64,000 nucleotides of DNA from positions 64,001 to 128,000 of the forward strand of contig JBEKYR010000001.1 of NCBI GenBank assembly GCA_049510745.1, written 5' to 3'. This stretch comes from Verrucomicrobiota bacterium (GTDB lineage Bacteria > Verrucomicrobiota > Verrucomicrobiia > Limisphaerales > Palsa-1400). The position numbers and the translations under genes were made by a program. The notes beneath the pieces were generated by a model. The model saw only the letters and a list, made by a program, of their open reading frames with translations, was not told the origin of the DNA and made no database searches. This document shows positions 38,032 to 48,302 of this stretch, piece after piece; position 1 is the first letter of the stretch, and every line of letters begins with the position of its first letter.

Positions 38032-39294
38032 ATGTACAAAGTGACGCGCCTGGAGAATGGGTTGACGGTGGCCACGGCCGAAATGCCGCACATGGCCAGC
38101 GTGAGCGTCGGGATATGGGTTGGGGTGGGAGGCCGCCATGAGCCGGCGGAGGTGAACGGCGTGTCGCACTTTATCGAGCACCTGCTCTTCAAAGGGACCC
38201 GGAAACGGTCGGCGCGGGAAATTTCGCAGGCGGTCGAGGGCATCGGCGGTTACCTCAACGCGTTCACCAGCGAGGAGCAGACCTGTTTTTATGCCCGCGC
38301 CCGCCACGGCGATTTTGGGCGGCTGCTGGAAGTGCTGGCGGACATGTTTTTGCATTCGACGTTCGAGCCGGTGGAAATTGACAAGGAACGCGAGGTGATC
38401 AAGGAGGAGCTGGCCATGTACATCGACCAGCCGCAGCAGTATGTCCAGGAATTGCTCAACGCCACCATGTGGCCCGATCAACCCCTGGGCCGCTGCATCA
38501 CCGGCACGGAGAAGACGCTCGACGCCATCCGGCGCCCGCACCTGCTCGATTATCAAAAGAGCCACTATGTGGCGGCGGCGTCGCTGCTGGCCGTGGCGGG
38601 CCGGATCACGCACGCCGAGGCGGTAAGGGCGGCGCGGAAGTATGCGGGGAAGTTCGCGCGCGGTCCGCGGCCGGGCTGCGCGCCCGCCGTGACCGCGCAA
38701 ACCAAGCCGGCCCTCTGCCTTCACACCAAGGAAACCGAGCAAACGCAGATCGCCCTCGGCATCCGCACTTGCTCGCGCCATGACGAACGGCGCTTTGCCC
38801 TGCGCCTGCTCAACGTCGTGCTGGGAGAGAACATGAGTTCGCGCCTCTTCCAAACCGTGCGCGAAGACCACGGCCTGGCTTACTCCATTTACAGCGGCAA
38901 CAGCTTTTTCGACGACGCCGGCGACATTGTCATTTCGGCGGGGCTGGACCTGGATAATTTGGGGAAGACACTCAAAATCATTGTGCGGGAAATGAAACGC
39001 CTGACGGCGGAGCCGGTGCCGGCGGCGGAGTTGCGCCGCGCGCGCGATTATCTCATCGGCCAGCTTGACCTGAGCCTGGAAAGCAGCGAGAACCAAATGA
39101 TGTGGGTGGGCGAACAATGGCTGGGTTACGGGAAAATTTCGCCGCCGGACGAAGTCAAGAGGCGTTTGAGCGAAGTCCCGGCGGGCAGAGTTCGCGCCGC
39201 GGCGCGGGAGTTCTTCCGCCCCGAACGCTTCAGCCTCGCGCTGATCAGCCCCTTGAAATCCGCCCGCGGATTGGAGAAATTGCTGGCGGCCTGA
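38032..39294 (+). CDS. M16 (pitrilysin) family zinc peptidase
   Basis: HFIEHLLFKGT inverted zinc motif, NAFTS, SSRLFQTVRE..GLAYS. Confidence 0.95.
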   Translation: MYKVTRLENGLTVATAEMPHMASVSVGIWVGVGGRHEPAEVNGVSHFIEHLLFKGTRKRSAREISQAVEGIGGYLNAFTSEEQTCFYARARHGDFGRLLEVLADMFLHSTFEPVEIDKEREVIKEELAMYIDQPQQYVQELLNATMWPDQPLGRCITGTEKTLDAIRRPHLLDYQKSHYVAAASLLAVAGRITHAEAVRAARKYAGKFARGPRPGCAPAVTAQTKPALCLHTKETEQTQIALGIRTCSRHDERRFALRLLNVVLGENMSSRLFQTVREDHGLAYSIYSGNSFFDDAGDIVISAGLDLDNLGKTLKIIVREMKRLTAEPVPAAELRRARDYLIGQLDLSLESSENQMMWVGEQWLGYGKISPPDEVKRRLSEVPAGRVRAAAREFFRPERFSLALISPLKSARGLEKLLAA

Positions 39295-39307
39295 TCTGGA
39301 ACAACTG

Positions 39308-40723
39308 GTGCGCCCGGTTCTTCAATCCATTCAAACGTCGCACACGCCCGAATCGCTGGTCGAGCGGCTGGCGGGGGAGCGGGGGATTGTTCTGTTGCGC
39401 AGCGCCTTCTTCGACTCGCCGCAGGCGCGCTACTCGTTTGTGGCGGCGCGTCCGCTGCTGGTCTTCCGGTCTTTCGGCGCGCGCTGTGAGCTGGACGGCC
39501 CGGACCGGGTGCAATTCGGCAATCCGTGGCAGGGGCTGGAGGAGTTGATGGCGCGTTACGAACTGCTCGATGAGATCGACCTGCCGTTCCCGCTGGGCGG
39601 CTGCTTTGGCTATTGGGGCTACGACTTGAGGAATTTTGTCGAACCCCGGCTGCCGCGGGCCGCCGTCAACGACCTGGACCTGCCCGATTGCCACGCCGGG
39701 TTTTACGACAGCCTGGCGGTCTTTGATCATCGTCTTGACAAGACCTGGATCATTTCGACCGGCCTGCGGCCGGACGGTTCGCGGAGCGCGGCCCGGGCGC
39801 GGCAACAGCTTGATTTCTGGGCCGGCCATCTGGCGTCCGCTCCCACTCTTAGCGCGCCTGAAGAAACGGAGGCGCCGGCCTTTCGCTCGAATCTGTCGCG
39901 GGACGCTTTCGTGGCCAAAGTGCGGCGGGCGCAGGAATACATCCGGGCCGGAGACATTTACCAGGTGAACCTGTCGCACCGGTTGAGCGCGAGAACCAAG
40001 GCGGCGGGATGGGCGTTTTTCGAGCGATTGTGCGAGGTGTCGCCGGCGCCGTTCGCGGCTTACCTGGACGGCGGGGACTTCCAGATCTGCTCCTCGTCGC
40101 CGGAAATGTTTTTGCGGCTCAACGGCCTGGAGATTCGGACCCGGCCGATCAAGGGGACGCGCCCGCGCTCGGCGGACGCGACGCGGGACGCGCAGTTGAC
40201 TTACGAACTCCAAACCAGCCCGAAGGACATGGCGGAGTTGGTCATGATCACCGACCTGATGCGCAATGACCTGGGCAAAGTGTGCGAGTACGGCTCGGTG
40301 CAGGTGCCGGAATTGGTGTGTTTGGAGCGCTATCCCCAGGTGCAACATCTGGTCTCGACCGTCACCGGGCGATTGCGGCCCGAGCAGACCCATTTCTCGG
40401 CTTTTGCCTCGTGTTTTCCCGGCGGCAGCGTCACGGGCGCGCCGAAAATCCGGGCCATGGAAATCATCGACGAATTGGAGCCGTTGACGCGCGGCCCCTA
40501 TACCGGCGCCATCGGATACCTGGGCTTCAACCGCCAGAGCCAGTTGAGCATCGCCATTCGCACGGCGATTTGCCGCGGCGGCGAAGTTCATTTTCAAGTC
40601 GGCGCGGGAATCGTGGCCGATTCGGTGGCCGAGGCGGAATACGAGGAAACGATGGCCAAGGCGGGCGGATTCTTCGCCGCGCTCGGCCGGCGGCAAACCC
40701 CTTTCCAACCCGCTTCCGCATGA
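39308..40723 (+). CDS. pabB: Aminodeoxychorismate synthase component I
   Basis: GDIYQVNLS, SSPEMF, PIKGTRPR, MITDLMRNDL, FPGGSVTGAPK. Confidence 0.9.
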   Translation: MRPVLQSIQTSHTPESLVERLAGERGIVLLRSAFFDSPQARYSFVAARPLLVFRSFGARCELDGPDRVQFGNPWQGLEELMARYELLDEIDLPFPLGGCFGYWGYDLRNFVEPRLPRAAVNDLDLPDCHAGFYDSLAVFDHRLDKTWIISTGLRPDGSRSAARARQQLDFWAGHLASAPTLSAPEETEAPAFRSNLSRDAFVAKVRRAQEYIRAGDIYQVNLSHRLSARTKAAGWAFFERLCEVSPAPFAAYLDGGDFQICSSSPEMFLRLNGLEIRTRPIKGTRPRSADATRDAQLTYELQTSPKDMAELVMITDLMRNDLGKVCEYGSVQVPELVCLERYPQVQHLVSTVTGRLRPEQTHFSAFASCFPGGSVTGAPKIRAMEIIDELEPLTRGPYTGAIGYLGFNRQSQLSIAIRTAICRGGEVHFQVGAGIVADSVAEAEYEETMAKAGGFFAALGRRQTPFQPASA

Positions 40724-41580
40724 TTGTTTTTCTCAACGGCGAATTTGTGGCGGAAGAAAAGGCGGTGGTCTCGGTCTTTGACCGCGGTTTTCTTTACGGC
40801 GACGGGTTGTTCGAGGGAATGATCGTGACGCGGGGGCGGCCGTTCCGCTGGAACGAACATATCGAGCGGCTCCGGAGCGGCGTTGCATTTTTAAAGTTGA
40901 CGCTGCCGTATTCCCCGGCGCAACTGCTGGAGTTCGCCCTGCAACTGATCGAACGCAACCAAATGCCCGACTGCATCCTGCGCCTGAGCCTTTCCCGGGG
41001 GATCACCGAGCGCGGATATTCGCCGAAAAATGCCACGCGGCCCGCCCTCGTCATGACCCTGCACCCGGCGCCCAGGATCGGGGGCGCACGGCCGCCGCGC
41101 TGGCGCGTGATCACCTCCTCCTTCCGCCTGCCTGCCGGCGATCCGCTGACTCGTTTCAAGACCGCCAACAAGCTGCCGCAGGTGCTGGCCCGCGCCGAAG
41201 CCGACGCCGCCGGAGCGCAAGAGGCGCTTCTGCTCAACACCGCCGGCTGCCTCGCGGAAGGGACGACGAGCAACGTCTTTTGGGTGCGGGACAACGTCGT
41301 CTGCACCCCGCCGCCGCCGAGCGGCGCGCTGCCCGGCGTGACGCGGCAGGCCATCCTTGATCTCTGCGTCAAGAATAAGATTCCGTGGCGGGAGAAGCAG
41401 GCCAGGCCCGCCGTCCTGCGCGGCGCCGACGGGGTGTTCCTGACCATGACCTCGATGGGGGTCGTCGAAGTGGAGTTTCTGGATGGCCGCCGACTCAAAC
41501 GGTCGCCGTTGGTGAAGAAGCTCTGGGCGGATTACCGCGGGTTGACAGGGCAAGGAAGAGGGAAGAAGGCAGAAGGATGA
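40720..41580 (+). CDS. pabC: Class IV PLP enzyme, probable 4-amino-4-deoxychorismate lyase
   Basis: DRGFLYGDGLFE, FKT.N, EGTTSNVF, LPGVTR; ATG 40720 overlaps the pabB stop. Confidence 0.85.
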   Translation: MIVFLNGEFVAEEKAVVSVFDRGFLYGDGLFEGMIVTRGRPFRWNEHIERLRSGVAFLKLTLPYSPAQLLEFALQLIERNQMPDCILRLSLSRGITERGYSPKNATRPALVMTLHPAPRIGGARPPRWRVITSSFRLPAGDPLTRFKTANKLPQVLARAEADAAGAQEALLLNTAGCLAEGTTSNVFWVRDNVVCTPPPPSGALPGVTRQAILDLCVKNKIPWREKQARPAVLRGADGVFLTMTSMGVVEVEFLDGRRLKRSPLVKKLWADYRGLTGQGRGKKAEG

Positions 41581-41674
41581 AGGAAGAAGACCCATTTTCT
41601 TTGGCACTTGTGAGGTTTTTCGTCACTGGTCGCCGTCGCCAAATCCGGGTATTTTTTGAATTTTCATTTTTTGG

Positions 41675-41754
41675 CCCGATTTAGCCGGATTTACCCGGAT
41701 TTGTCCGGATTTACCCGGATTTGTCCGGATTTATCCGGATTTGTCCGGGTTTTT
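41675..41754. repeat. Tandem decamer array (CCGGATTTNN)x8
   Basis: Eight 10-bp units, six with a perfect CCGGATTT; inverted copy AAATCCGGG at 41641. Confidence 0.9.
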
Positions 41755-42020
41755 GGATTCGTTTTCCGGGTTGAATCCGGCATTTTTTGCCGCTTTTAGG
41801 GGTAGTTCCCGGTGCTGGCGGTGTATCGGGTCTGCGCTTGAACCGCCCGAGATTTGAGTTTTTACGTCAAGTCTGTCACCTGCAAATGAGGGCATAGGTC
41901 GCCGATGAGGGCGAACGTCCAAGGTTTGACTGGCTTGATTGGTGAGGCAATGCGACGAATGGCTGATCGGATGCGGTAAACGTTCCACCAATTTCATCTC
42001 CGGCCCAAACTTCCCCGGCT

Positions 42021-43952
42021 TTGCTTTCAGCGCCACGCACAGTCGAATATCCATTTCAAGTCAAGTCAGTTCCTCATTCTCCTCTGCCGTTGCTCGGCGA
42101 CTCTGACACGAAAGAACTTCGGGCGGAATTGAATGCCTCCACCGCGCCGAATCGAATTCGTCGTCTCACGAACCTGCTGAGTGTTTCCGAAAATTTGAAT
42201 CGCACGCTCAAAACGACGCAGCGGCTTCTCACTGAAGATTGTCTGGCGTTATTGTTGGCTCGTTTCGTGGTGTCGGAGGACTTGCACAAGCCGCTTGGTC
42301 GTTCAGCGCGGGCCGACGGCAAGCGGTACTCTTTCGAAGCACAGGCGCCGCAGGAAATTCTTGTCCCAGGCACGATCCAAACTCCGCCACTCGCATTTGT
42401 CGGCGCTACGCTTGGTAATCACAAATCATCTGAACAGGCGAGCGGTGGCAAGCAGTGTGTTGCGCGCGGCATGAGCGTTTGGGATTTGTTGCTCCCGCTC
42501 CTGCAACGTCCCGTCAATCTGGAATTGGGAACTGTCGTTGAACTGCCATCAAATCTCTGGGCTTTCCAGATCAAGGGAGTTGAGTTCCTCGTCGAGACGC
42601 CGTCGGCGCTGTTGGGTGACGACATGGGAACAGGCAAGACTGTCCAAGCTTCTGTTGCCTTGCGGATCTTATTTCAGACTGCCAAGGTTCGGACAGCTCT
42701 CATCGTTTGCCCTCTCAGCGTTGTTCCGAACTGGGACAGGGAGCTTGCCAAATGGTCTGGAAACCTTGCCGTCACCGTCGTTCGTGGCGACAAAGAGCGT
42801 CGCGCGATTTGCTGGCGGCAGCCCGCACACGTCTGGCTGACAACTTACGACACGCTGCGAAACGACCTTGCGAGCGTGCTGATGCTGAGGAAAGGCGGAT
42901 TCGATTTGATTGCTCTCGACGAGGCGCAACGCATCAAGAATCGGAACAGTGGTATAACCAGCGCCGTTCGCGAACTTCGTGCAACGTATCGCTGGGGTCT
43001 TACCGGCACGCCTTTGGAGAACAACACTGACGAGTTGTGGACAATTCTCAATGTGCTCAAGCCAGGCATCTCCCAAGGCCCGCTTGACTGGTCGCTGGGA
43101 ATTCAAAGCGTGCTGCGGCCTATGTTTCTTCGCCGCCGGAAGCAGGATGTGCTTACGGATTTGCCGCCCCTGGTGCAGAACCCGGTTTGGCTGCGTTTGG
43201 AAGATGAACAGCGAAAAAGCTACGACCAGCTTGAGAAGCAAGGCGTGCTGGAACTCCACGCCAAGGGCGAAACTATCACGGCTCAAACAATTATTGTCCT
43301 GCTGAACAAACTGAAACAGGTGTGCAATCGCTGTCCGAGGACTGGCGAAAGTTCAAAGCTCGTTTGGCTTCGTGACAGTCTCGATGACATCGCGGCGGCG
43401 GGAGACAAGGTGTTGGTCTTTTCGCAATATACCGACGAAAGATTTGCCGGGGCTGACTGGCTTGAAAAGGAACTGGCTAATTTTGGCGCGCTCAACTACT
43501 CCAAGGCAACGACCGACAGAAAGCGCCAAGAACTCCTGGCTGCGTTCCGCGACAAATCCGAGCACCGCATTTTTGTCGGCCACCCGAAAACGGCGGGCCT
43601 GGGGTTGAACGAGCTCGTTGCCGCCAACTACGTCGTTCACTTCGACCACTGGTGGAATCCGGCGGTGATGAATCAGGCTACAGCCCGCGCTCACCGTCCG
43701 GGGCAAACCAAGACCGTTTTTGCTTACGATTTGTGGATTGAGGATACCTACGAGGAAATTATCTTCAAGCTTCTGGAACGTAAACAGGGGCTTTACAACG
43801 AAGTCATCGACAGCATGAGTGCAGAGAGCGCCCCCCCAGAAAACCTAGCATTCGCTGTTCTGGAGAGCCTCTGTATAAAACACGGCTTGAAACCGATTCA
43901 ATTGAAACCCACTCAAGACAAAAAAGGAGAAAGGCAGCAAGAGTTGATGTAG
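42021..43952 (+). CDS. Stand-alone SNF2-family (SF2) ATPase/helicase; start uncertain
   Basis: GDDMGTGKT, DEAQRIKN, LTGTPLEN, LRRRK, LVFSQY, GLGLN, DHWWNP..QATARAHRPGQ; codon usage less GC-biased than its flanks. Confidence 0.9.
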   Translation: MLSAPRTVEYPFQVKSVPHSPLPLLGDSDTKELRAELNASTAPNRIRRLTNLLSVSENLNRTLKTTQRLLTEDCLALLLARFVVSEDLHKPLGRSARADGKRYSFEAQAPQEILVPGTIQTPPLAFVGATLGNHKSSEQASGGKQCVARGMSVWDLLLPLLQRPVNLELGTVVELPSNLWAFQIKGVEFLVETPSALLGDDMGTGKTVQASVALRILFQTAKVRTALIVCPLSVVPNWDRELAKWSGNLAVTVVRGDKERRAICWRQPAHVWLTTYDTLRNDLASVLMLRKGGFDLIALDEAQRIKNRNSGITSAVRELRATYRWGLTGTPLENNTDELWTILNVLKPGISQGPLDWSLGIQSVLRPMFLRRRKQDVLTDLPPLVQNPVWLRLEDEQRKSYDQLEKQGVLELHAKGETITAQTIIVLLNKLKQVCNRCPRTGESSKLVWLRDSLDDIAAAGDKVLVFSQYTDERFAGADWLEKELANFGALNYSKATTDRKRQELLAAFRDKSEHRIFVGHPKTAGLGLNELVAANYVVHFDHWWNPAVMNQATARAHRPGQTKTVFAYDLWIEDTYEEIIFKLLERKQGLYNEVIDSMSAESAPPENLAFAVLESLCIKHGLKPIQLKPTQDKKGERQQELM

Positions 43953-44892
43953 CAGCGCGAATTTCATGTCGGGTTTGTTCCGCCCGACGGCGAAGTTTTG
44001 AACCGGGTGCCATTTCCCACCAAGGCTTGGTCGTGTCCGGTCATTTTCCCCAAGATCGCACCCTTGCCGTCCTCGCAGCGCTGGAAACCCCGCCATTCTC
44101 CAGCAGGTCGAGGTATCTTTCCTCACCTAATTGGCGACCACAAAAATCCGAAGATTGCCCGGAATCAAAGGCTCCATAATCTGTGCGAGGCGAAACTGAG
44201 GCCGTTCTCTCTCGTGGGCGATGGAGAATAATCCATTCCTAAAGGAAAGCCCTGTGCCCAATTTCGTCTTCGATGACAAACAACCATCCACCCGTGAATC
44301 GGTCAGAATGTAATCCGAACCCTCGCAGTCCAGTTCGCTCGCAGGCTCAATGCATCCTTCACCTCCAACATAGTAGGGTTTCTCTAAGCCCCCCTCTCCC
44401 AGTGAATCATAGACTTCGCGACTGACTGATTCCCGATCTAAGAATCCGTCCGCTCGTCCGTTGGCTAATTCAAACTTTTTCTTCGCGGTTATGGGATCGA
44501 CAACGAACATCAATGCCGCCCCGATCCGACACGGCATGTTTGGGAGGATTCCGCAAATCTTTGGACAGCTACCCCGGCGAATTTGGTGTCGTAGCAACGG
44601 CATAATCTTTTAGGGTCTGTCGCACAATTCATGGGTGATTTTTGGGAGTTCTCGGGTTTTTGCAAGCCTTTTTTGCAAGTTTTCTTGACGTAGGGCATGT
44701 CACATTTTTGGGTGGCGGTTTCTAGCTCCTAACCTTAATACGCGGCTGCTGCCGCGCCGCCAAAAAAAAAGGAGAGGCGGATACCTCGGTCCATCCGGCC
44801 CTCGGCCCTGTTATCAGGCGCAGTTCACTGGGCGCACTGCTGCGGCGCCCGGAATTTGTTGGGCGCGGAGGGCGGCGAACAAGATGCTCTGG

Positions 44893-44914
44893 CATACTGT
44901 CATATGACAGTATG
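44893..44914. promoter_or_regulatory. Perfect 22-bp palindrome (candidate protein-binding site)
   Basis: CATACTGTCATATGACAGTATG is its own reverse complement. Confidence 0.55.
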
Positions 44915-44978
44915 ATTAGATTTGAAACGGCTGGGGAATCGGAAACGGTTGTTGGGCGTCAGTGGGCGCTGGCGCGGA

Positions 44979-46712
44979 TCAGTGATCGGTTGCCGATGAG
45001 CTGGCGGGCGCTGGCGCGGAAGGGTCGCGGCGATAGTTGACGCCCAGTTCGTCCAGCCGTTGTTCATCCACTTTGAGGCGCTGTTGAAAGTCATCGTAGT
45101 TGCGCGAGTTCTTGTCGGACCAGCCAACTTCCGCCAGCGCGCACAGGCGCGGGAAAATCATGTATTCGGCGTGCGGCAGCGACGCGACGTATTCCGTCCA
45201 CAAGTTGCCCTGCGCGCCGAGAATGTGCGCTTGAAATTGGGCCGGTAAATTCGTTGGCACCGGCTCGAAGGAATAAACCTTTTCCAACGGCAAAAAGCCC
45301 CCGATGGCGCGCGGCTCGGTCGCGTGATTGGTCGATTGGTAATGGTCCAGGTAACAAAAGGCGGTGGGCGTCATCACCACGTCGTGGCCGTTGCCGGCCG
45401 CTTCCCTGCCGCCGCCAATCCAGTCCATCACCACGGCGTTTTGGGCCAGGCCGCCCTGCAGAATCTCGCTCCAGCCGATGAGCGTCTTGCCGCGGGAGTT
45501 GACGAACTTCTCGATGCGTCTGATGAACCAGCTCTGCAATTCCTCCGGGTTCTGCAGCCCCTCCCGGCGCATCAGCGCCTGGCATTCCAAACTTTTTGCC
45601 CAGGAATCCTTCCGCACCTCGTCGCCGCCGATGTGAACGTATTTGCCGGGGAAAAGCTTGAAAACTTCCGCCAGCACGTTGTCCAGGAATTGGAAGGTTC
45701 CCTCGTTGGCCGGATTGTAAACGCCACGATTGGCCGGACCAGACAGGCCATTGATGCCGAGGGCCGCGCCGGCGCTGTTGGAGCCGCCAAACCCGCCGAA
45801 TTGCGGATAAGCCGCCAGCGCCGCGACGGAATGGCCCGGCATTTCAATCTCCGGCACGATGGTGATGTGGCGCGCCGCCGCGCAGGCCACAACTTGGCGG
45901 ATGTCAGCCCGCGTGTAAAATCCGCCGTAGCGTCCGTCCGGGCCGAACTTGTCGGCGGCAGGCGTGGCCCAGGGCGGCTGGGCGTTGGTGCCCTTCTGTT
46001 TTGGCAGCGCAAGCTCGCTTTGCGCGCGCCACGCGCCGATTTGCGTGAGCCGCGGATATTTTTTGATTTCAATCCGCCAGCCTTGATTGTCCGCCAGATG
46101 CCAATGAAACCGGTTCAATTTGTGCAGCGCCATCAAATCGAGGATCGTTTCCACTTCGGCTTTGCTGTAAAAATGGCGGCTGACATCGAGCATCAGGCCG
46201 CGCCACTGGAACCGGGGCCAGTCCTCGATATGCAGGCACGGCAATTGCCACACCGCGTTCGTCACGCGGGTGGCGGAGAAAATTTCCGGCGGCAACAGTT
46301 GCAGCAACGTTTGCGCGCCGTAAAACACACCCGCCCGCTCCGGCGCGCGGATGACCACGGCATTGCCGGCCACGGTCAGCTCATACCCCTCCGCGCCAAG
46401 CTGGGAGTTGGTTGATTTGGTTGTGAGTAAAATGCCGTTTGCAATCGGGCGATCCGTCCAAAACTTCACGCTGACCTTGAGCGGATAGCCGGTGGATTGG
46501 CGCAGGCGCGCGGCCAATTGTCTTGCGGTTGGCAGCGAAGCGCGGTTGGCGAAAATTTTTGTGTCCGGCGAGAGCTGGAACGCGCCGGAGCGAAGCTCCA
46601 TTTGCTGCGGCAACGGAACGATGGCGGGCGCGTTGGTGTCGGCGGCCAGAAGGGTCGCGGCCCAAAAGAAAGCGGCCAATTCGGCCAGCAATTTTTTTAT
46701 GGCGTATTTCAT
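44979..46712 (-). CDS. Secreted GH20 beta-N-acetylhexosaminidase
   Basis: WRGLMLDVSRHF, HWHL.D.QGWR, PEIEMPGH, HIGGDE, NLWTEY, PRL.ALAE. Start moved to ATG 46712. Confidence 0.95.
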   Translation of the reverse strand: MKYAIKKLLAELAAFFWAATLLAADTNAPAIVPLPQQMELRSGAFQLSPDTKIFANRASLPTARQLAARLRQSTGYPLKVSVKFWTDRPIANGILLTTKSTNSQLGAEGYELTVAGNAVVIRAPERAGVFYGAQTLLQLLPPEIFSATRVTNAVWQLPCLHIEDWPRFQWRGLMLDVSRHFYSKAEVETILDLMALHKLNRFHWHLADNQGWRIEIKKYPRLTQIGAWRAQSELALPKQKGTNAQPPWATPAADKFGPDGRYGGFYTRADIRQVVACAAARHITIVPEIEMPGHSVAALAAYPQFGGFGGSNSAGAALGINGLSGPANRGVYNPANEGTFQFLDNVLAEVFKLFPGKYVHIGGDEVRKDSWAKSLECQALMRREGLQNPEELQSWFIRRIEKFVNSRGKTLIGWSEILQGGLAQNAVVMDWIGGGREAAGNGHDVVMTPTAFCYLDHYQSTNHATEPRAIGGFLPLEKVYSFEPVPTNLPAQFQAHILGAQGNLWTEYVASLPHAEYMIFPRLCALAEVGWSDKNSRNYDDFQQRLKVDEQRLDELGVNYRRDPSAPAPASSSATDH

Positions 46713-46740
46713 TGAATTAAAATTTCTCCAGAAAATGACG

Positions 46741-48258
46741 CTATGGCGTGCCGCTCTGACCGGTGAAACCGGCCAGCAAAAGGACGAGCGTGTCGATGGC
46801 GGCGCGGCCATTTTCGTCCGGCTCGGAAGGGCGGTAATTGTTGAGCATGATGGAGAAAACAAGATGTTCCTTGGCGGCGGTGGTGAGAAAACCAGAGAGG
46901 GTATCGACATGGCCCAGCGAACCGGTCTTGGCGCGGACATTGCCCTCCGCCGGCGTGCCTTTGAAACGATTGCGCAGAGTGCCGTCCACTCCCGCAACGG
47001 GCAGCGCGTCGAGCAGCGCGTCGCGACAGCGGTGTTGATTCATGTAAAGCAGAAGCCCGACCGTCGCGGCGGGAGTGACCAGGCAGCCGCGGGACAAGCC
47101 GGACCCTTCCTCCATCAGGACGGCGGCGCGGCTGATGCCGGCATCGAGCAGGAACTTCTGCATTTCCGCCAACCCGGCCTGCTCGGTGTCGCGGTTGGTG
47201 GCGCCGGCCCTGGCGCCGACTTGGAGCAACAGGAGTTGGGCGTAGAGGTTTTCGGAAGGCTTCAACGTTTGCTTGACAATCTCCGCCAGCGGGCGCGACT
47301 GGGCCGAAGCCACTTCGACGAGCGACGATAAATCGATGGGGGCGGCTTCGCGGTCGAGCCAATTGCATTGGCGCGCAACGCCCGAGATGGTGACGCCGTT
47401 TTGGGCCAGCGCCTCCTTGAGCATGGCGGCGAACCAGAGCGCCGGCTTGGGCACGGAAACGGCATCGGCCTGGGCGTTCGAACCGAGCGGCAGGCGGCCC
47501 CAGACGTAGGCCACATCCCCGCCCACCGGGCGGTAAATCCGAACCCGGCCGCGCGCGTCTTTAGCGGCCGTTTGCGTTCGGTTGCTGAAGGTGAGAATGG
47601 CCGTCTCCGGCATCGTCACGATGCGGCAGGGAGCGCCCTCGGCCTTGCCCGGCTCGAAGAGCAAGTCAATAACATTGTCCTGGAAGGAGAGCGCCGAGGC
47701 GGGCGCGCCGTAGTACTCCTGCAAGTCGTCCCAAGTCCAATCCGTGCCGAAGGGCGGTCCGCGAAAATAGCTTTCGTCGCCGACCAGATCGCCCTGGACG
47801 CGTTTGATGCCGGCGGCGAGCAAGGCATCGACGGCGGGTTGCAGGGCTTTCTTGTAATCGCCGTGATTGAAGCGGGCGGAGAAGGAGGGATCGCCGCGGC
47901 CATAGACGAGCAGGTCGCCGTGAATGACGCCGTCCGCATCCGGTTTGGCGGCGGCGTAAAAGGAGGTCTTGATGCGAAAGTCCGGTCCAAGGCGGTCCAA
48001 GGCCAGGGAGGCGGTGTAAAGTTTGGCATTTGAGGCGGGTTTCATCAATTTGTCCGCGTTGCGCTCGAAGAGAGTAATGCCGGAGTCGAGCGAGACGACT
48101 TTGACGCCCCACTGAGCGTGGGCAAAGCGAGGCTGATCCAAGGAGGCCGCGAGGCGGGCCTGGAGCGCGGGCAGAGAGTCATTGGTGGGCTGGCCGCCGG
48201 CGCCGGCGCAACAGAGGAGCACGCAGGCGAACGCAACGATCGGATGAAAGCGTTTCAT
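46741..48258 (-). CDS. dacB: D-Ala-D-Ala carboxypeptidase/endopeptidase (PBP4, peptidase S13)
   Basis: PASNAK, GRGDPS, SEN, GSGLSR, AKTGSL. Start ATG 48258. Confidence 0.95.
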   Translation of the reverse strand: MKRFHPIVAFACVLLCCAGAGGQPTNDSLPALQARLAASLDQPRFAHAQWGVKVVSLDSGITLFERNADKLMKPASNAKLYTASLALDRLGPDFRIKTSFYAAAKPDADGVIHGDLLVYGRGDPSFSARFNHGDYKKALQPAVDALLAAGIKRVQGDLVGDESYFRGPPFGTDWTWDDLQEYYGAPASALSFQDNVIDLLFEPGKAEGAPCRIVTMPETAILTFSNRTQTAAKDARGRVRIYRPVGGDVAYVWGRLPLGSNAQADAVSVPKPALWFAAMLKEALAQNGVTISGVARQCNWLDREAAPIDLSSLVEVASAQSRPLAEIVKQTLKPSENLYAQLLLLQVGARAGATNRDTEQAGLAEMQKFLLDAGISRAAVLMEEGSGLSRGCLVTPAATVGLLLYMNQHRCRDALLDALPVAGVDGTLRNRFKGTPAEGNVRAKTGSLGHVDTLSGFLTTAAKEHLVFSIMLNNYRPSEPDENGRAAIDTLVLLLAGFTGQSGTP

Positions 48259-48302
48259 CCCTGCAAGGCTAGGTTGCCGGAAAAGGGAAGGCGAGTCTGT
48301 TA

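Noticed and set aside
41675..41754. Possible CRISPR array or plasmid iterons
   Set aside because: 10-bp units with no spacers, and no cas or rep gene.
43845..44603. Minus-strand ORFs 44127-44603 and 43845-44126 as genes or a split pseudogene
   Set aside because: No recognisable motif, weak start context and overlap with the SNF2 3' end; cannot be supported without a search.
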